DNA of 64,000 bases, taken from the human T2T-CHM13v2.0 reference genome, Homo sapiens. Shown one piece after another: positions 55,861 to 64,000 of this stretch; the stretch's first letter is position 1, and each line of letters opens with the position of its first letter. The stretch is taken from the NCBI RefSeq assembly GCF_009914755.1, contig NC_060935.1. One strand, given 5' to 3'. Position numbers and translations under genes: made by a program. The notes beneath the pieces are model-generated. The model was given only the letters and a program-made list of their open reading frames with translations. It was not told the origin of the DNA and ran no database searches.

Positions 55861-58553
55861 AATATATCCATTCACACCCAGAACCAGGAACACGTATCCA
55901 GACCCATCAAAGCAAACATCTTAATCCACACCCCTACTCCCAACCAGATACATTTAGATCCGCAAATAGAAACTGGCTCCTTTAATGCCCGGGCCTGCCC
56001 ATCTATAAATTGAGACAGAACACCCACCCCAGCGCATTTAAAAACAGCTTGAATCGGGGTTTTAAAGACAATGAAGTTAATTTAAAAGCCCACCTTTTAT
56101 TGTACTAAAAAATAGTGAGATAAAAACAATTAAGTTAGTAAAACAGCACTACTGTTTTTTTTTCTAGTCAATGAATGTTTTAAATGAACTGCATTTTTAA
56201 GCTCACTGTTAATAAAATGAAGTTTTTAATTTAACATAATTGTTTTGGACTCACTAAACAGGTGTGTGTCTGTGTGTGTGTGTTTAATTGACTTTACTCT
56301 GTTGCTGCTTGAATGTTTCTCTCTGCACTTGGGCAGTTCTGCTTGCTGCTCTGTAAGTGGACACATTTTTACATTTGGGTCTTGTATCTACACATGTATG
56401 TCTATGCACACACACATACACACAGACATCATTATAGATACAAATGTATCTTCAAGAGCCTGAGACCTTCCTCTTCACATCGACCCCCATTCTCACGCTT
56501 CATGTACGTGTATCTATACTGACACACATTGAACATCATTATACTATGCCACAGATTGCCTACATGCCCAGAGCTATGTATACCATGATATATACCTGCA
56601 CACGTGACCACATCCACATATACTGACAGGTCTCAGACAGGCATGCAGGCACACCCCAATCTATCCATCCAGATAGATTCACATATTTATACAAATCTTC
56701 ACAGATCCTTCCTGCCTCCTTCCTCTCTCTTTTTTTCTCTCCTTCTCTGTCCCCCGCCTCTCCAAACAGCCACAGTCAGGATTTAAATCAATCTTAACAA
56801 TATTTCTCTGAAGCATTAAGAAATCAATAGGGCTGATTACAAATTTATGTCATAAAGCAGGGGCGATCCATCTCGTGGAAAGGGTCTTAAAATGAAGTGA
56901 CTTATCTTCAAGTGAATCTTTATTTTTCATTAATCTGTTTCTCAATGTTAAAAAAAAAAATCCCCTGAGAAGTCAGCCCAAAATTTATTGACCACCTGGT
57001 TCATTCTGAAGTTCTAACTTTCTAATCAATTTTATTTTTCATTATGAGACTTTGGAGAAATAAATCTGATTCTAAATTTTTATCGACCTGTGGGTCAGAG
57101 CTTTGTAGCCCAATGTTTCAGTACTTTACATATTTATTCATCCCTGCCCCCACCTCCTGGCTGCCTTGGAGTGTTTCTAGGATACAGGTCCACAGCCAGG
57201 ACGCAGCCAAGAGTTTGGGATTGGATGCCCGGCCTCACCCCACTTTCTGAGGAGAGCCCTGGAACCCAGATCTGAATCTGGAGAGGAACCCTGGCTCCAG
57301 GTATCCACTAGGTGGGCTGCCCCCAGGAAGGACCAGCTGCCCAGCCCTACCTCGCTTTCCTCTTGGTCATGCCTCTGGGAGGGAAGGAACCAGGCTGCTG
57401 CTATGTGTGTGAGTGTGAGTGTGAGTGTGCGTGCACATGGTCTTAGGAAAAATATCACTAGGTCCTTCTGAATCTCTCTCACTCTCAAGTCTACCTTTCT
57501 AAAGAGCCCAGAAGAAGGACTCAAGCACCTGGGCTTTTCCTGTCAGGCGGAGAGTCAGAAAGTCACCGTGGACAATTGGTCCCTGATTAAGACAGGCAGC
57601 CCCCGAGCCCCACTGTTGAGATGGGAAAGCTCCAGGAAGAACACAGAAGGCCCTGAGAATGCTCTCTGATCCAGAGCCCTGTGCAGTGGCTGTGGAGGGA
57701 AGAGTGGCTGGGGCTGCAGACTCTGTGTTGCAGTCTGAGCTCTGTCTCTGCTAGCCAGGCCACCTCACATCTTGTCTCCATGGCCTCCTCTGGTGGAAGG
57801 GGATAAAAGTGCCTTCTCTTGCTGCTCCCCAGGAATGAGGAGAGGGTCAGATAAGTTGGTAAAGAGAAAGCACTTGGAGACTGGAGGATGCAGTGAGACA
57901 GGAAGCCCCTGGATTGCCAGCCCTTCTATGCCCATGGAGGGGTTTGGTGGTAGGGCCAGAAGATGCCCATTTCTGAGTCCTGCTCAAGGTCATTCTGTTC
58001 TGTTTCCCTGCCCAGCTGTGGAATCTCCCCTAAGATTTTCCTTAAGTGACAGATGCTTCAGTCACCCCCTATATTTTACAGGTCTTTGCCCTTAGAAATG
58101 GCTATAGCACATAGTGGTCTCTTTTCTCTACAGTTTCTCCACCCTCAGAGGTAGGGAGGGCAGTTGTTTTCATGCTGATGTTAGAAAGGAGGAACTTGGC
58201 ACAAAATCAAATCTACTTCCAACCTTATTACAACATGTGGGGTTTGGACGACGGGCCAGCACCACCGAGGAACCATCTTCCCTCCTTGGCACTGCAAGTT
58301 TTTCGTTCCACCCCAGGCAGAGCCTCCATCAGAGAACCAGGGAGGAGAGGGAAGTGGGGATTATTGTGCTGGAGGGACCTGCCTTTGCCTCCCTCTCCTT
58401 CCATCTCTCAAATCTCACTAGGTTTAGGTGACAAAACAGACATGGGCATCATATAAGACTAGAGACTAGCAAGCCTGCTGGGAGCTTTCGTCCTGGATTG
58501 AGGAGAGAGGAGGCAAGCAGACATTCCAGGGGAGATGCCTTAGACACACTTAC

Positions 58554-58624
58554 CTTCCAGGTCACCTGGATGCTCTGTGAGGTCACTGGCTGCAAGGTAA
58601 CATCCATGGGGGGCCCATCGGGAG
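58554..58624 (-). CDS. DSCAML1: DSCAML1 exon 16 (APDGPPMDVTLQPVTSQSIQVTWK), start of FN3 domain 2
   Basis: gctcag/gtaagt; 71 nt; frame continuous. Confidence 0.96.
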
Positions 58625-58849
58625 CTGAGCAGGGTAGCGGGGAGGAGAAACATTACAAGTCAAGACTTGGAAGAGGAAGGGGTTCTATGTTCCCACTCCC
58701 ACCCTCCTGAGCTGGAGGGCTCCTGGGGAGAAGACTAAGCTCAGATGCAGATAGCAGAGAACTTTTGTTTGAGTTCCCCTGAAAGTAACATAGGGTTTCA
58801 ATTTCCTCTTCATTCTCTATAATTTGCTGAAAATATAGCAAACAATGAT

Positions 58850-59819
58850 AATAAGGTACTACTGTACATTCAGTAGGATGGCAAAAGTTTTTAAAAGTTG
58901 AAGAGTATGAAGTGTCTGCTTCATAAAAGAATGTCTAGGCCGGGCGCGGTGGCTCACGCCTGTAATCCCAGCACTTTGGGAGGCCAAGGCGGGCGGATCA
59001 CGAGGTCAGGAGATCGAGACCATCCTGGCTAACAGGGTGAAACCCTGTCTCTACTAAAAATACAAAAAATTAGCCGGGCGAGGTGGCGGGCGCCTGTAGT
59101 CCCAGCTGCTCGGGAGGCTGAGGCAGGAGAATGGCATGAACCCAGGGGGTGGAGCCTGAACTCTTATCCTCTGATCATGGGAGAGAAAATTGGCACAACA
59201 CTTCAGAAAACATTCTAGCATTTTTTGTTAAAGGTAGAAGTATTTGCCTGTTTGATGACTCTGTAATTCTACAACTGCTTATATCCCCTAGAGAAACTCA
59301 TGAACCGGTACACTAGCATACAGGAATGCTTATAGCAGTATTTTTGTAATAGCTCCAAGCTACAAACAATCTAAATGTCCATCTACAGTAGAATGGACAA
59401 ATCCCCTGTGGTATAGTCATATAATGGATACTATACAGCACTGAAAAAGCATAAATGATATAGCTATGCTAATGACATGAATGAAACTTGCAAAAGTAAT
59501 ATTGATTAAAACAAGCAAGACACGGAAGAATAGATGAAGTATGAAGTCATGAATACATTCTACTGGAAAATAGGGAAAACTAAATTATACATTTTATTGC
59601 ATATACACTGTGGTGACAGTACAAAAAAGAATGAAAATTAGTATCACAAAAATCAGGATATTGATTACTTCAAGAGGAGGGGTGGTGTTATGACCAGAAA
59701 GGGGTACATGGGGGACTTCTGCCATGCTGGCTAATTGATGATGAGTGTTGGTTATACTCATTGTTTACCTTATGCTTGTTTATAAAACTGCACATATATG
59801 TCATGTGTATTTTTCTGCA
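58850..59819 (+). mobile_element. Old L1 (L1MD/ME-like) 3' remnant
   Basis: tttgtaatagctccaagct..aaatgtccatctacagtagaatggacaaa..tgtggtatagtcatataatgg. Confidence 0.75.
58938..59158 (+). mobile_element. AluY (Ye-like), 3'-truncated, no poly(A)
   Basis: CpG-rich; AluY diagnostics gagatcgagaccatcctggctaac and agaatggc; ends abruptly at ggagcctg. Confidence 0.9.
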
Positions 59820-60115
59820 TTTTTTTTTTTTTTGAGATGGAGTCTTCCTCTGTCGCCCAGGCTGGAGTGCAGTGGTGCGATCTTGGCTCACAGCAAGCTC
59901 TGCCTCCCAGGTTCAAGCGATTCTCCTGCCTCAGCCTCCTGATTAGCTGGAACTACAGGCATGCGCCACCACGCCCAGCTAATTTTTGTATTTTTAGTAG
60001 AGACAGGGTTTCACCAAGTTGGCCAGGCTGGTCTCGTACTCCTGACCTCAGGTGATCCACCCTCCTTGGCCTCCCAAAGTGCTGTGATTACAGGCATAAG
60101 CCACCACTCTCGGCC
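59820..60115 (-). mobile_element. AluS (Sx-like)
   Basis: Antisense Alu; TSD ttctgcatt. Confidence 0.93.
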
Positions 60116-60512
60116 TCTTCTGCATTATTTTGTATTACATGATAACAAGAGAAAACATAGCAAGATAAACCTTGTTTAAACTTTCAAGAAAACTCTATGA
60201 TGAGGGTCATAGAAAATGATCCAGGCCCTAGTACCCTATCTTGCAGATAGATCTTTCCAGATGCTGGGGCCAGGGGAGTGGGGCAGAACCACAGATAGTT
60301 CCCCCAAACCCAGTATCTAGAACCCCGCTTGGAAAAGGGTCAAATAGGAGCCTGCAGTGATCCAGAGGTGGACACAAACATCTGTTAGGACGCTTTTCCC
60401 CACGCCACCCCCTTTAACTGCAAGCTCATTGCCAGTGAACAGGATCGCTGTAGGCCCCTGGTGGTCCTGATCCCTGAGGCCATGGGCAGGGCAGGCTGGG
60501 TGAGGTGCTCAC

Positions 60513-60680
60513 CGGCCTCCTCAGTGCTGATGGTGAGCTCCTTGCTTGGTTCACTGCGGCCAATCTTGTTGAAAGAGTACATGCGGATGCTGTACACAGA
60601 TGCCGGGTGCAAGTCCACAATGTTGGCCTGGTTGATGGTGGGGGAGATGTTGCGTGTGGACTGCTTGAAGTCCCAGGAAT
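60513..60680 (-). CDS. DSCAML1: DSCAML1 exon 15: FN3 domain 1, second half ([56 protein letters not shown])
   Basis: ctccag/gtgagc; 168 nt; upstream exons lie beyond the window. Confidence 0.97.
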
Positions 60681-61848
60681 CTGGAGAGAAGACACCTATG
60701 TCAAAGCATGGCCAGGCAAACTCCAGGACCCCTTCCCAGCCTGAAGTACCAGTACAACCCAATATTAAGTTGGATGCCCGAGGGGTCCAGCTCACACAGA
60801 CTGCAGAGAGGGCACAGGCCTGAACAACTTCACAGACGGTGCAAGGGGTCTGTCCCATGCAGCTCCAGCTTGGGAGAAGCCTGACTCTCCTCTGCCACTG
60901 GCCAGCCTGTAAGCTCAAACTTCAGGCAGAGGTCGGACGAGACGTTCCCCAAGGTCCCTGCCAAGATCACCATCTGTTTGCTATCCCTGAGGGTCTGACT
61001 GGCCAGTGCCCTTCTTCCTGGGTCTCCCCTCACATCAGTGACCTGGTCTAACAGTGAGACACCCCATTTACCCAGTGGCCCCCATGCAAAGCAGGAGGCT
61101 AAGTCTCCTCTCCTTTTCTCCTCCTTTTGTGTGTGCTTCTGTCTTTCTTTTCCTTGTGCACTTGTGAGGTGATGAACTTGAGTGTTATATGTCAGGGTTG
61201 AGGGGGACAGGCCAAGTACCAGAGTCCCCAGTCCAAACCCTACCCTCTTTCCTTCATCGACAGGAGGATGGTTTCAGAGTCATTAGGGTTAGGGGCCACC
61301 AAAGAGATTAACATGTTCACAATTTATTCAGGGAGACTGGTAGTCTATCTCACGGCTGATGTTTAGCAAAATTGTAGGAGGTGGAAAATACCAGATAAAT
61401 ACCATTCAGGTGTGACTGAACATATCGTGATGGTGAACACCCTGCATCTCCAGAGGAATCCAGTCATTTGTTAAATATGTTTTGGCTGCGCACCTATTAG
61501 GGGTCTCCAGAGGAAACGGGAAGGAGTTGCAATTAAAAATGCCTCAGCTAGGACCTTCCACACCCGGGATTCTTAACCAAATAACTGTTTTGGCACCTTA
61601 CTTGGAAAAGAAAAAAAGGCAAATCACAAGGAAACAAGCTGATAGTAGGGCTGAAAAATGTTCCCAGGGCAAGTCCAGATGTCACTATTCCGTCTAATTT
61701 TCTATGCCTTTAAACCCACAGTAGAGTATCGTGAAAAATTCTCCATAGAAAAGATTAAGTTGTATTCACCACAGTTTAAATCCTAAATCAGGAAAGGAGG
61801 CTAGCACATTCTAGAAAGACTAAAAAAATTTTTTTTTGGTTAAAACTA

Positions 61849-62278
<430 letters not shown>

Positions 62279-62939
62279 TTATAGCTGCTCAGGCTTAGCA
62301 TCTGTGAAGGGCACCGGCCCAGCTCCCCATCTGTAGTTTTGCATTTAATTCTTTGGTTTCACGAGCCAGAGAAACAAAATGGCAGGCTGTTGGTGCTCAA
62401 AAACACATTATTTTCTCTTTGTATTTTAAAACACCCTAACCACGGGAGGGTCACTTTGTGGTTGGCAGGTTAAGTTGGAATTGCAAATATGCAGGCTCCT
62501 ACCTGCTGTGGGCACTTGCTTGTGGGTTTGGGACAGAACAGGCTAGTCATGTGGAGGCAGGTGCTCCCTTCTCTCTGTGGCATCCTGGGAGCTGGCGCCA
62601 GCTCATAAGTCACATCTGATGTGCCCATGTTTATAGGAGAGGGAGAGGGAGCACAAGTCAGTGCATTCATTTTTGATGAGTGCACGCAGAGGGAGGAGAC
62701 TGGGGCGGTGTGTCTGGAGAAGAGGCACTAATATTTACCAAGCACCTGCAGTGTGCCAGGTGCAGCGTTGGGCAATTTAAATGCTCACCATTTACTCCTC
62801 ACATCCTCCTGCGACATCAGTGCTCCATCTCCACAGCAGAGGTGACCTTCGCGGCACCAAACCCAATTTCTCTCCTGGCTTTTTGGGTGTATTCAACACT
62901 TGGACCTCTCTCCCTTCTTCAGGAAACATCCCCCTACTC

Positions 62940-64000
<1,061 letters not shown>

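Overview
Human (primate) genomic DNA, recognisable as chr11q23.3, with two genes arranged tail-to-tail. The + strand carries the last two coding exons and 3' UTR of CEP164 (444-566, 721-817; AATAAA at 1880). Its terminal intron is a minor-spliceosome (U12-type) GT-AG intron. After about 14.5 kb of intergenic DNA, the - strand carries the last 19 coding exons of DSCAML1 (exons 15-33 if the gene has 33 exons): FN3 x4, Ig10, FN3 x2, TM, cytoplasmic tail ending SYTLV, and AATAAA at 16433. All 19 exons join in one frame with GT-AG boundaries (3377 nt). The remainder is intron/intergenic DNA rich in Alu, old L1, L2, MIR, MLT1, MER5 and simple repeats; most six-frame ORFs are artefacts of these. I see no new gene family or prokaryote-type system. 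The best unexplained signal is at the CEP164 3' end: a candidate 10-nt stop-creating microexon with an adjacent QKI motif, upstream of a terminal U12 intron whose retention would escape NMD. Other leads are a CTCF site with upstream motif in a CpG-rich intergenic patch, a DSCAML1 3' UTR hairpin, a miR-25/92 site overlapping the poly(A) signal, AT-rich candidate enhancers and a 3'-truncated young Alu. Repeat subfamily calls and repeat boundaries are by eye and approximate.
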